64,000 nt of DNA from an uncultured Solirubrobacterales bacterium (GCA_963844765.1 CAWJPN010000001.1:218565-282564); one strand, 5' to 3'. Numbered from the stretch's first letter, positions 28,045-37,073 are shown. Numbers and translations are program-made. The notes: generated from the sequence alone by a model not told the origin.

Positions 28045-28047
28045 CGC
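27961..28047 (+). ncRNA. Candidate structured RNA (motif 1, copy B)
   Basis: Near-identical to 16327-16414. Confidence 0.5.
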
Positions 28048-28104
28048 ACCCCAAGGACGCGACGCGCTGGACGCAGATGCCTGCCCGCACGGGGGGCGCT
28101 GCTT

Positions 28105-28296
28105 GTGACCGGGCTGCTTGACCAGCTCGCCGCGCGCTGGGCCGACGCGAGTCGCCAGCGTGCGCGCGCCGGCGATCACAAGCGTGAGCAGCCCGCAGTC
28201 GGTGAGCAAGAGCTGACGGGCGCTGAGCGCGAGCGGGTGCTTCGCGAGCTTCACGAAGATCCCGACTGGGGCGATCAGCCGTGGGGGCGCTCATGA
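28105..28296 (+). CDS. Small hypothetical protein
   Basis: Coupled overlaps on both sides. Confidence 0.5.
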   Translation: MTGLLDQLAARWADASRQRARAGDHKREQPAVGEQELTGAERERVLRELHEDPDWGDQPWGRS

Positions 28297-28670
28297 GCCG
28301 GTCGGACTGGCCCCTCGATCGCGCCCTCGAACGCCTGCGGGTTTACCGCTTGCCGTACCGCTGGGACGAGCAGCACCTATCGACATGGGCGGCCGTCTGT
28401 CCCGCGTGCATGGTCGGCGCCTGGACGCTCACGATCCGAGAGCATGGGCGTGGCGGCCCAATCGACCTTCGCTGTAGCGCGGGATGCGACTCGGCCGACG
28501 TGGCTGCGGTGCTGGAGCGCGACCCCGCTGAGGATCGCATCGAGGAAGCTGAGCAGCGCGCCCGCGAAGCAATCGAGATCGCCGCCGCGTCACGTGACGT
28601 CGCCGCCCGAGCGATCGCGTTCGTCGTCGCCATCCTCGACGAAGACCCTGAACTCGCGAGGGCGGCATGA
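28293..28670 (+). CDS. Stand-alone primase zinc-binding-domain-like protein
   Basis: VCPAC..LTIRE...LRCSAGC; homolog of 16397-16801. Confidence 0.6.
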   Translation: MSRSDWPLDRALERLRVYRLPYRWDEQHLSTWAAVCPACMVGAWTLTIREHGRGGPIDLRCSAGCDSADVAAVLERDPAEDRIEEAEQRAREAIEIAAASRDVAARAIAFVVAILDEDPELARAA

Positions 28671-30079
28671 GCCGAAAGGAAGATCACGCCCTCGGGACAG
28701 TCGGTGAACCATCCGAGACGCCCGTGGGCGCCTACCAGCTGAGCGACCTCGGCAACGCCGAGCGCCTGATCGCCGCGCACGGCGATGACCTGCGCTGGAT
28801 TCCGGGCCTGGGGTGGTTCGCCTGGGACGGGCGGCGATGGCAGCGCGACGAAACGGGCGAGCCGCTGCGCCGCGCGAAGCTGGCCGTCCGCGCGATCCTG
28901 CACGACGCCGCGAACTGCGACGACGACGACGAGCGCAAGGCGACCGCCAAGTGGGCGCGCGCATCGGAAGCCGAGCCGCGGCTGCGTGCCGCGGTGTCGC
29001 TCGCGGCGAGCGAGCGCCGCGTGATCGCCCACGCAGCCGACTTGGACGCGGACCAGTGGGCCTTCAACACACGCGCGGGGACGATCGACCTGCGTACCGG
29101 AGAGCTGCGCCCACACCGACGCGAGGACATGCTGACGAAGCTCGCCCCGGTCGCGTACGACCCGGACGCACGGTGCCCCGTGTGGATGAAGTTCCTGCGC
29201 ACCATCTTCGCCGACGACCAGGAGCTGATCGGGTACGTGCAACGGTGGGCGGGCTACTCGCTCACGGGGTCCACGCGCGAGCAGGTGATCGCGTTGTGCT
29301 GGGGCGCCGGCTCCAACGGCAAGAGCACCCTTCAGGAGACGCTACGCCGCGCCCTCGGCGACTACGCCACACACACCCCCAGCTCCACGCTGCTTGAGCG
29401 CGACCACGGCGACGCGATCCCGAACGACCTCGCCCGTCTGCGCGGCGCCCGGCTCGTCACGGCATCGGAGACCGGCGACGGCCGCCGCCTCGATGAGGAG
29501 CGCGTGAAGGCGATCACCGGCTCCGATGTCATCGCCGCGCGCTACATGCGCGCCGAGTGGTTTGAGTTCGCGCCGAACTTCAAGGTGTGGGCCTCGACCA
29601 ACCACCTGCCGCGAGTGCGCGGAACCGACCACGCCCTGTGGCGACGAATCCGGCTGATCCCCTTCAGCGTCACGATCGCCGACGAGGACCAGGACCGCGA
29701 CCTCCCCGACAAACTCACCCGCGAGCTACCCGGCATCCTCGCGTGGGCCGTACGCGGCTGCCTGGACTGGCAACACAACGGCCTCGGCGCACCAACAGCC
29801 GTCACCACGGCGACACACGAGTACCGCACCGACATGGACCTCATCGGACGGTTCCTCGCCGACTGCTGCGAGGTCAACCCCACCGCCGAGGTCGAGGCCG
29901 CGACGCTCTGGAGCGCCTTCTGCACCTGGGCGGAGGCGAACCACGAGCGCACCGGCACACAGACGACATTCGGACGCCAGCTCACCGAGCGCGGCTTCGA
30001 CACCACCAGGCAAGCCAAGGTGCGCAAGCGCCGAGGACTCACCCTGCTGCCAGACAACGGCGCCGAGGTGACGCGATGA
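28667..30079 (+). CDS. Phage/plasmid P4-family D5-like SF3 helicase
   Basis: SDLGNAERL (D5_N), GAGSNGKST Walker A, RLVTASE, NHLP, ALWRRI. Confidence 0.92.
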   Translation: MSRKEDHALGTVGEPSETPVGAYQLSDLGNAERLIAAHGDDLRWIPGLGWFAWDGRRWQRDETGEPLRRAKLAVRAILHDAANCDDDDERKATAKWARASEAEPRLRAAVSLAASERRVIAHAADLDADQWAFNTRAGTIDLRTGELRPHRREDMLTKLAPVAYDPDARCPVWMKFLRTIFADDQELIGYVQRWAGYSLTGSTREQVIALCWGAGSNGKSTLQETLRRALGDYATHTPSSTLLERDHGDAIPNDLARLRGARLVTASETGDGRRLDEERVKAITGSDVIAARYMRAEWFEFAPNFKVWASTNHLPRVRGTDHALWRRIRLIPFSVTIADEDQDRDLPDKLTRELPGILAWAVRGCLDWQHNGLGAPTAVTTATHEYRTDMDLIGRFLADCCEVNPTAEVEAATLWSAFCTWAEANHERTGTQTTFGRQLTERGFDTTRQAKVRKRRGLTLLPDNGAEVTR

Positions 30080-30171
30080 CGGGTTATGACGAGTTCGCCC
30101 CCTTATCGCCACATAGAACCCCCTACACACGGATAGTGTGTCAACCCGTCACACCCGTCACAACCCGTCAC
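30068..30171. promoter_or_regulatory. Candidate iteron origin of element B
   Basis: TGACGGGTT (30077) faces three tandem (A)ACCCGTCAC copies (30143-30171) across a lower-GC spacer. Confidence 0.7.
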
Positions 30172-30197
30172 GCCGCCACAAGCACGAGGGCGACCTG

Positions 30198-30641
30198 ATG
30201 GCACGCCGGGGCACTCATTCGACCGCGCCGCTCCCGAGTGCGATTCCATCGAGCGGGGGCGCATCGCTGACCTTCACGATCGAGCTGACAGACGCGCAGC
30301 TCGACGTGCTGGCCGATCGTGTCGCCGAGCGGTTGCGCTCGACGCCGGCGGAGCCGCGGTTCGTGGATGCTGCGACGCTGGCGGCCAGGCTCGGCCTGAG
30401 CCGTGACACCGTGTACGCGCGGGCTGCCGACTTCGGCGGCGTGAAGATCAGCGACGGGCCGCGGCCACGGTGGCGATTCGACCTCGACCGCGCGCTGGAG
30501 GCATGGAACGGTCGCTTGGCAAGCGAGAGGTCGCCAGACCCGTCAACGCCCGCCAGTCGGGCGGTTTCGCGGCGTCGGCGGGGTGCGGGAAAAGGCAGCA
30601 GCGCCGGATTGCTGCCTATTCGCGGTGGTGACGATGCCTGA
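30198..30641 (+). CDS. Excisionase-like winged-HTH protein (B)
   Basis: FVDAATLAARLGLSRDTVYARA..GGVKISDGPRPRWRFD. Confidence 0.72.
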   Translation: MARRGTHSTAPLPSAIPSSGGASLTFTIELTDAQLDVLADRVAERLRSTPAEPRFVDAATLAARLGLSRDTVYARAADFGGVKISDGPRPRWRFDLDRALEAWNGRLASERSPDPSTPASRAVSRRRRGAGKGSSAGLLPIRGGDDA

Positions 30642-30831
30642 CGCCGCCAGGAAACCGGCGGTCGAGCCGTGCTACTGCTGCGGCAAGCTCGCGCGCCGCC
30701 GAGTCGAGGTCCGGGACCGGCGCACCGGCGCGACGGCTTGGCTGCCGCTCTGCGCGACCTGCCTCGCGGGCGAGTCGCGCACGTGGCGCCTGCGCTGGGC
30801 GCTCCTCGCCGATGAGGAGGCAGCACCGTGA
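30634..30831 (+). CDS. Small Zn-finger protein
   Basis: CYCCG..LCATC..WRLRW; homolog of 18791-18991. Confidence 0.6.
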   Translation: MPDAARKPAVEPCYCCGKLARRRVEVRDRRTGATAWLPLCATCLAGESRTWRLRWALLADEEAAP

Positions 30832-31094
30832 GCGCGGCGCGCGAGAGTCCACGCCGGGCACCTGGACGCCGGCCGCTGCCGACGTGGGAGGTGGCGATCG
30901 GCGAGCACGACATCCCGCCGCGGTGGCGCATCCCGGCGGGCACGGTGACGCTGGCCGCTGTCAGCGCGGAGGCGGCGCGCACGATGGCCGTGCGCGCGGC
31001 GCACCGCGACGCCGGCGTGCCGCCTCTGCTCTCGATGATCGCCCTCTCGCTGGATCACACGCGCGCTGAGCGGGAGGCCGAGCCGTGCCGTTGA
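30828..31094 (+). CDS. Conserved element protein (homolog of 19601-19873)
   Basis: HDIPPRWRIPA shared. Confidence 0.75.
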   Translation: MSAARESPRRAPGRRPLPTWEVAIGEHDIPPRWRIPAGTVTLAAVSAEAARTMAVRAAHRDAGVPPLLSMIALSLDHTRAEREAEPCR

Positions 31095-31711
31095 GCGAGA
31101 AGCCCGGCGCTCGTGCGCGCCAGCTTGCGAACCTGCGACCGGGAGCCGGTGCGGGCGATGGTGGTCTTGCCCGAGCACGATCGCACGGCGCTTACGCCGC
31201 GATCACCGAGGCCCACCTTCACGACGAGGAGCTGCGGGTCTACGAAGCGCTTGCGGCGGACGCGCCGGTGCGTGCCGATGATGGCGGCCTGCCACGCGAG
31301 GACACCCTGATCGTCAGGCAACTCGCTGAAAGCCTCGTGCGCCTCCAGCGGATCACAACGCATCTGGTGGCGAAGGGCATCGAACGCGACGACGGCAGCC
31401 TGCGTCCAGCGGTCGAGCTGGAGCTGAGGGTGCGCGGGCACGTGCTCGACCTCTGCCGCGAGCTTGGCATGACGCCGAAGTCACGGGCGGCGCTGGGCGT
31501 CGATCTGGTGCGCGTGGCGAACGCCGGCGACCGGCTGCAAGAGCACCTTCAGGCTCGCTACGGCGATGACGCGCTCGACGGCGACGCGGCGGTGGCCGAG
31601 CCGATCGACGCGGCTGCGCTTCCCGCTGACGCCGAGCTGCCCGACGTAGAGGGCGACGAGCACGACCAGGCCGCCGCGGATGACGACGCGATCGAGGGCG
31701 ACGGCGACTGA
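31085..31711 (+). CDS. terS: Terminase small subunit-like protein
   Basis: QLANL..SHGAY and LCRELGMTPKSRAALG; acidic tail. Confidence 0.6.
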   Translation: MPLSEKPGARARQLANLRPGAGAGDGGLARARSHGAYAAITEAHLHDEELRVYEALAADAPVRADDGGLPREDTLIVRQLAESLVRLQRITTHLVAKGIERDDGSLRPAVELELRVRGHVLDLCRELGMTPKSRAALGVDLVRVANAGDRLQEHLQARYGDDALDGDAAVAEPIDAAALPADAELPDVEGDEHDQAAADDDAIEGDGD

Positions 31712-32115
31712 TGCGCCAGCCCGTGACCCTCGACCAGCGGCCCGATGCTGAGGAGGCACGCCTGCGCCTTGTGATCCCCGGCGTGCCGGTCCCGCTGGGG
31801 CGCAGCCGAAGCACGCGCGGCGGCCGTCACTACCTGCCGGCGCGCAGCCGTGCGTACCGCGAGCTGGTGCAGACGTGTTGGATGGCGTCGGGGCGCCCGG
31901 CGCTCGGAGGCGTGCCGTTCGGCTTGTCAGCGCGGTTCTACGGTGCGCGGGCGAACGCGGACCTGGACAACCTCGTGAAGGCCGTGCTCGACGCGCTGAA
32001 CGGGGGGCTGGCGTTCGCCGATGATCGGGCGCTCATGTGTGCCGATGCTCGCAAGCTGCCGGTGGACGTTGGCGGCGCGCGGTGCGAGCTGGAGCTGTGG
32101 GCGGTGGCGGCGTGA
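31711..32115 (+). CDS. rusA: RusA-family Holliday-junction resolvase
   Basis: ADLDNLVKAVLDALN..DD catalytic motif. Confidence 0.88.
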   Translation: MRQPVTLDQRPDAEEARLRLVIPGVPVPLGRSRSTRGGRHYLPARSRAYRELVQTCWMASGRPALGGVPFGLSARFYGARANADLDNLVKAVLDALNGGLAFADDRALMCADARKLPVDVGGARCELELWAVAA

Positions 32116-32182
32116 CTCGCTCAGCCGTTCGCACGGCCCGTCTTGCGGCCTGCCTGCCTGCTCGCAGGTGGAGGGCCGTGGC

Positions 32183-33604
32183 GTGAGGCGGGTGGCGCTC
32201 CTGGATGCCGTGGATGATCCCGACCTGTTGGGCGGCACGCTCACTCCGTGGCCGAGGCAGCGGGATGTGCTGGGGTTGATCGAAGGGTCTCGGTTGAGCG
32301 TTCTCTGCCTTGGGCGTCGTAGCGGGAAGACGACGATGATGGCTCTCGCGGCGCTGCATAGCTGCCTGCTCTCCCCTCACCTTGATCGGTTCGTCCAGCC
32401 GGGTGAGACGCGGTGGGCTGTTGCTATCGCTACGAACCGTCGCCAGGCGCGGCTTATTGTCTCGCAGGCGCGGGCGATCGTGGAGCGCTCACCGTTGCTC
32501 TCGCCGCTGGTCGTGGCTTCGAGTGAGGACGAGATTCGTTTTGAGAATGACACGGCGATCGCGGCGTTTCCGTGTTCGTCGCGTGGTGGTCGCGGCTGGC
32601 CGATTCACTTTCTTGCGTTTGATGAGGCGGCCCATTTCGTGAGTGAGACGGATGGCTTTCAGACGGCCGCGCGGGTGTGGGAAGCGCTTTCGCCGAGTAC
32701 GGCGCAGTTCGTCAATGAGGGTCGGATCGTCGTCTCGTCCACGCCTTACGGGATAGACGGGTTCTTTGCTGACATGCTGGCGCAGGCGGGTGAGGATGAT
32801 GGGGTGGCTTGCGTGCAGTTGGGTACGGAGGAGATGAATCCGACAATCTCGCCGGAGTTCCTTGAGGGGGAGCGCCGGCGCGATCCTGAGAGCTACCGGA
32901 GTGAGTTCCTTGCCGAGCTGGTCGGTTCTGGCAGTTCGTACCTAGATCCCGAGCGCCTGGAGGCCGCGGTTGTCGGTCCGGTGATGCCTGTGAATCCGGA
33001 AATGGGCATGGACTGGCGGGCCGGGATCGACCCTAGTTTCGCCCGAGACCCGACGGGGCTGGCGATCGTTGGGCGTGATGCTCGGCGGCCGGAGAAGCTG
33101 ATCGTTGGGACCGTTCGTGCGTGGAAGCCGGAACGGCCGGAGAGCTTTGAGGAGCGGCGTCTGGTGGAGGATGCGATTCTTGCGGAGGTCGCGCGGGAGT
33201 GCCAGCGTTACGGTGCTCCGGCTGTGACGGACCAGTATGCGAGCAGGGCTGTTGTTGATCGTCTTCAGCGTGCGGGTGTGAGGGTGGAGGCCATCCCGAT
33301 GACTGCAAGCTCGAAGACGGCTGCGTATGCGGAGCTGAGGAGCTTGATCTACACGGGCGAGTTGGAGCTGCCGGATCATCCTGATCTGATTCGTGAGCTG
33401 CGGCGGCTGCGGTCGCGGTACACGGCGGGCAGCGCGAGTGTGGTCAACCCACGTGTCGGTGGGAGTCACGGCGATCTGGCGCAGGCGTTGGCTATCAGTC
33501 TGTATGACCGTGCGTTGGCGGGTGGGCCGCCGGCGGCTGCGGCTGGGGGTGGGAGTGGTATCGCCCAGCAGTACCGGCGTTATTCGGGGTCTGAGTTCGG
33601 GTGA
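32183..33604 (+). CDS. terL: Terminase large subunit (B), intact
   Basis: GRRSGKT, FDEAAH, SSTPYG, GIDP, HGDLAQA. Confidence 0.88.
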   Translation: MRRVALLDAVDDPDLLGGTLTPWPRQRDVLGLIEGSRLSVLCLGRRSGKTTMMALAALHSCLLSPHLDRFVQPGETRWAVAIATNRRQARLIVSQARAIVERSPLLSPLVVASSEDEIRFENDTAIAAFPCSSRGGRGWPIHFLAFDEAAHFVSETDGFQTAARVWEALSPSTAQFVNEGRIVVSSTPYGIDGFFADMLAQAGEDDGVACVQLGTEEMNPTISPEFLEGERRRDPESYRSEFLAELVGSGSSYLDPERLEAAVVGPVMPVNPEMGMDWRAGIDPSFARDPTGLAIVGRDARRPEKLIVGTVRAWKPERPESFEERRLVEDAILAEVARECQRYGAPAVTDQYASRAVVDRLQRAGVRVEAIPMTASSKTAAYAELRSLIYTGELELPDHPDLIRELRRLRSRYTAGSASVVNPRVGGSHGDLAQALAISLYDRALAGGPPAAAAGGGSGIAQQYRRYSGSEFG

Positions 33605-33658
33605 GGGTGGCCGGACGGCCGCGTAGTGTGCGATTAACCAACCAGGAGGATAAATCTG

Positions 33659-34051
33659 ATGGCAACTATTAACAGTGACACGGGGCTGGAGGGGCGTCTG
33701 CTCGGGCTGCTTTGCGAGGGCGGTGTGTGCTCTCGGGATGAGCTGGCGGAAGCGCTCGCCGAGGAAGTCGAGACGGGTCTGCCGGACTTCTCGGCGAGCG
33801 TGGGCGAGGCCCTTGAGGGTCTTGTGAAGGGCGGTCTGGCGCATCGCATCCCCCGTAGTGATTTGCTGGCGGTGTCGCGGCGTGGGCTGCGCGCCCGCCA
33901 GGGTGTAGACCCGAGTGGAGCTGGGCTGCGCGTGCCCGATGGTGAGGCGGTTGGTGCGCTCACGCCGGTCGGTGATCCCGATGCGTCTGACCGGCTCGTC
34001 GGCGGCGCCGAGGGGCTGACGGGGCAGTTGGACACGCTCGGTGTCCGTTGA
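33659..34051 (+). CDS. Winged-HTH-like late protein
   Basis: Strong RBS AGGAGG; CSRDELAEAL...GEALEGLVKGGL. Confidence 0.6.
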   Translation: MATINSDTGLEGRLLGLLCEGGVCSRDELAEALAEEVETGLPDFSASVGEALEGLVKGGLAHRIPRSDLLAVSRRGLRARQGVDPSGAGLRVPDGEAVGALTPVGDPDASDRLVGGAEGLTGQLDTLGVR

Positions 34052-34595
34052 CGCGATCCATCGGGGTGAGCTGGACGCGCTGCTGGAGGCGCTTCCGGCT
34101 GGCCCGTATGAGCATGTTGACCGCGCGTTGTTTCTCGGGGGTGGGTTCGCGGGGTTGCGGCTCGGCGAGCTGATCGAGTTGCGCTGGGGGCATGTGGACT
34201 GGCCGCAGCAGCGCATCCTCGCGCCCGGCCGGTTCGTGCCGCTCGCTGACCGTCTCGGCGCGGCCCTCGACCAGCTCTCGCACAGTGCGGGCGACGCGCC
34301 CGGCCGGCTCGTGTTCTGTGACCCTGTGGCGGGCGGGCCGCTCGACCGCCGGCGGACGCTTGGGCGTCTGCGGGAGGCGTGCGCACGGGCGGGTGTCCCG
34401 CCGCCCCGCGCGTTCGACGCGCTCCGCGCGGGCTTCACGGTGTCGTGCGCGGAGGCCGGTGTCCCGCTCGGCGAGCTGGCGGGTTGGCTCGGGGTGCGCC
34501 TTGGCGCCCTTGAATGGGTGCTCCCGTACACGCTGCCCGGCAACGCTGTCCGCAGGATTCAACCCGTGTTCGCCACCGATGACCGCGACGACTAG
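34041..34595 (+). CDS. Degenerate tyrosine-recombinase catalytic domain
   Basis: GLRLGELIELRWGHVD retained; HxLR is DALR and LGH is LGV; no N-terminal domains. Confidence 0.7.
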   Translation: MSVDAIHRGELDALLEALPAGPYEHVDRALFLGGGFAGLRLGELIELRWGHVDWPQQRILAPGRFVPLADRLGAALDQLSHSAGDAPGRLVFCDPVAGGPLDRRRTLGRLREACARAGVPPPRAFDALRAGFTVSCAEAGVPLGELAGWLGVRLGALEWVLPYTLPGNAVRRIQPVFATDDRDD

Positions 34596-34956
34596 GCCCG
34601 CCGCGCGGCTCGGCGAGGAGCTGGCCGCGGCCCGCCGCCGCGGCGAGACATTCGCGGTGGCATGGCCGGCCGCGTTGGCCGCGGCGCTGGCGTGCGCGCG
34701 CGGGCCGCGAGAACACGCAGAATGGGGCGACGTGTTCCGCGATCTGCGGTCGGTTTGGTGCCAGGCGTTTGAGCGCCGCGGGTCCGGGCGCGGGCTTGGC
34801 GGACTGCTCACAGAGGACCACGACCAGCCGGTCGAGGAGCGGCTATGTGCGCACTGCCACGGCGAGATCCCCGAGGAGCGCCAGGCGAGCGCGATCTACT
34901 GCTCGGCCGACTGCAAGCGAGCAGCACGGGGCGCCCCGCTCGCTGCCGTTGCATAG
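34579..34956 (+). CDS. Hypothetical protein with C-terminal CxxC..YCSxxC zinc finger
   Basis: CAHC..YCSADC. Confidence 0.6.
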   Translation: MTATTRPAARLGEELAAARRRGETFAVAWPAALAAALACARGPREHAEWGDVFRDLRSVWCQAFERRGSGRGLGGLLTEDHDQPVEERLCAHCHGEIPEERQASAIYCSADCKRAARGAPLAAVA

Positions 34957-35032
34957 CCGCGCCGCACAGCAGCGGGAGGGCGAGCGCTGCCCGCCTCGGA
35001 GAGGTGATCCGACCCGCCGCCGCCGTGCGCGT

Positions 35033-35069
35033 CGCGTGGGCGCGAGAAGGCCGTGCGAACGCCCACGCG
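35033..35069. terminator. GC-rich hairpin between convergent transcription units
   Basis: Perfect 10-bp inverted repeat CGCGTGGGCG / CGCCCACGCG; no U-tract. Confidence 0.35.
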
Positions 35070-35138
35070 CGCGGGCGGCGAGGTCTACCCGCCGAGGTCC
35101 AATCGGGGGCCTTGCGCGCGCCGGCGGCGACCGTTGAA

Positions 35139-35366
35139 TCAGTGCTCCGCTTCGACCTTCTCCGCCAGCTCCGCGACGCTCACGTCCAGCGCAGCGGCGA
35201 CGGCTTGTACCGTTGACCACGCGGGGTCCGACTGGCCAAGCTCCAAGCGTGCAAGGGTGCCGGTGGTGAGGCCCGCGGCGACGGCGAGCACTTCCCGCGA
35301 GAGTCCGCGCTCCTCGCGGAGCTGGCGAACGGTCGTTCCGAGCGGTTGGTTGAGGGAGCGTGCCAT
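35139..35366 (-). CDS. XRE-family regulator (B, module 1)
   Basis: VRQLREERGLSREVLA..LELGQSDPAWSTV. Confidence 0.85.
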   Translation of the reverse strand: MARSLNQPLGTTVRQLREERGLSREVLAVAAGLTTGTLARLELGQSDPAWSTVQAVAAALDVSVAELAEKVEAEH

Positions 35367-35608
35367 CGAAGGGGCAGCCTCCCAATTGCCTGCGCCCCTG
35401 TCCACGCGGGATCGCGCGTGCGGAGTATCGCATGTGCGATCGAGTACGCTTCTGAGACGGCAACGAAATGGGGGCCGCGACGGTGTGAGCGCCCGGCCCC
35501 CTGGCACCGGAAGCGACTACTTCCAGCGCGCCAGAACCCTAACCGACCCGGCCGGGGTTTCTTCCTCGCTGAGCCGCCCTCCGGGGCCTCCAACCAAAGG
35601 AGACCCGC

Positions 35609-35923
35609 ATGGCACGCACACGCATCATCATCATCGACGGTGAGTACGCACCGGATGTGCGCACGCTGGCCGGCAAGCTGCTGGCCGAGGACCACGAGCA
35701 CCTGGTCGAGTGGCGCATCGTTCTCGCCCTCGTGCGCAAGGATCACGACGAACGCTGGACGCACGCCGAGCTGGGGCGCGAGCTGGATGGAGTGGAGCCG
35801 GGCGCGCTCGCCGACGCCCTCGGGCGCCTCGCCGAAGCCGGCGTCATCACCCTCGACGGCGATGGCGTGCAGGCCACACAGCCGGTGCTCTACCTCGCCG
35901 CCCTCGGGCTGGTGTCCCTGTGA
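35609..35923 (+). CDS. Winged-HTH-like hypothetical protein
   Basis: RBS AAAGGAG; WTHAEL...DALGRLAEAGVI. Confidence 0.6.
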   Translation: MARTRIIIIDGEYAPDVRTLAGKLLAEDHEHLVEWRIVLALVRKDHDERWTHAELGRELDGVEPGALADALGRLAEAGVITLDGDGVQATQPVLYLAALGLVSL

Positions 35924-36123
35924 GCGCGCGCAGTATCGACCTCACGACGATCGGGAGCCGCTTCCGCATGGGTATCGAACCCGCCGCGCTGCAAGAGGCC
36001 GCGGGCGGTGTGCAGCTCCGCCTACACCTGCACGACGGGCCGCTCGTCGTCTCCTTCACGCCGGCGGAGGCGCGGTGGCTGACGGATACGGTCGCGGAGA
36101 TCATGGGCGGGAGTGGTGCGTGA
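35920..36123 (+). CDS. Small hypothetical protein
   Basis: GTGA-coupled; FTPAEARWL. Confidence 0.45.
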   Translation: MSARSIDLTTIGSRFRMGIEPAALQEAAGGVQLRLHLHDGPLVVSFTPAEARWLTDTVAEIMGGSGA

Positions 36124-36270
36124 TGGGCACCGTCGCCGTGGTGTTCGTGGGCTGCCTCGCGTGCGCTGCGATCCTCGCGTGGCACGTGGATGACGGGGGC
36201 GAGGGAAGATGAGCGCTCACCCGCGTTTCGCCGCCCGCGTGTACGCGCGGGGCGGCCTCGGCCGGCAGGT

Positions 36271-36501
36271 CTAGGCGGCGGTGTCCTCGATGGCCTGCGC
36301 CAGCTCGGCGACCGACATCCCGAAGGTCTTGGCGATCCGTTCGATCGTGCCCCACAGCGGATCGACCTTGCCACGTTCGAGCTTCGAGAGGCCGGAGACG
36401 TTCAGCCGCGCGGCGAACGCGACATCCTCCTGTGTCATCGAGCGTGCTTCTCGGAGCCGCTTGACGGTCGGCCCAACGGCAGGATTCGGCGGCGCACGCA
36501 C
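36271..36501 (-). CDS. XRE-family repressor (B, module 2)
   Basis: VKRLREARSMTQEDV..LERG..DP.W.TI; homolog of 24044-24280. Confidence 0.88.
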   Translation of the reverse strand: MRAPPNPAVGPTVKRLREARSMTQEDVAFAARLNVSGLSKLERGKVDPLWGTIERIAKTFGMSVAELAQAIEDTAA

Positions 36502-36585
36502 GCAATAAACATCCCGCAGTCCGCCTACCAAAGTCCAGGGACGGCAGTCCATAGACTCCGGGGCGTGTATCGTTTTCGAGCGCGC

Positions 36586-36674
36586 CGGCGCTCATCCCCA
36601 CAGGGTGCCGCCCTGGCACGCGGGACCCCCGGCGTCGGGTGCGCTCAACATCACACCCGGCGTCGGGGCCTACA
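36586..36674 (+). ncRNA. Candidate structured leader RNA (motif 2, copy B)
   Basis: Matches 24363-24447. Confidence 0.55.
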
Positions 36675-36764
36675 ACGGAGGATGCGTCGTGGCAGCCCTA
36701 CCACCGATGGCGCCATTCGGGAGCTGCACGTCACGATAGCGCTCGCGTCCGAGGGCGCCGACTG

Positions 36765-37073
36765 ATGGCCTTCTTCGGTATCGAGCGCAACACCGACCAC
36801 CGAGACCCGCAGACAGCCGTCAAGCGCTTCTCCTCCGAACGCGCAGCGGTGCGGTGGCGCGAGGCAACCAAGATCGACGGCCAGTACCCGCGCGCCTACG
36901 CAGCCGACCGTCGTATCCGCGAGGTCTACGAGACATCCACGCGGATCACCGAGCGGATGGTCCTGCGCTATCTCGACCTGAACCGCGGCTCGACATACTC
37001 GCCACGCACGAACGAAGACGCGCGCGCCGCGCTCATCCGCAGCGGCGGAGTGGCCGTGTACGAAGACGCTTGA
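36765..37073 (+). CDS. Hypothetical protein
   Basis: TGATG-coupled to a 27-aa leader ORF (36682-36765) that has a GGAGG RBS. Confidence 0.55.
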   Translation: MAFFGIERNTDHRDPQTAVKRFSSERAAVRWREATKIDGQYPRAYAADRRIREVYETSTRITERMVLRYLDLNRGSTYSPRTNEDARAALIRSGGVAVYEDA

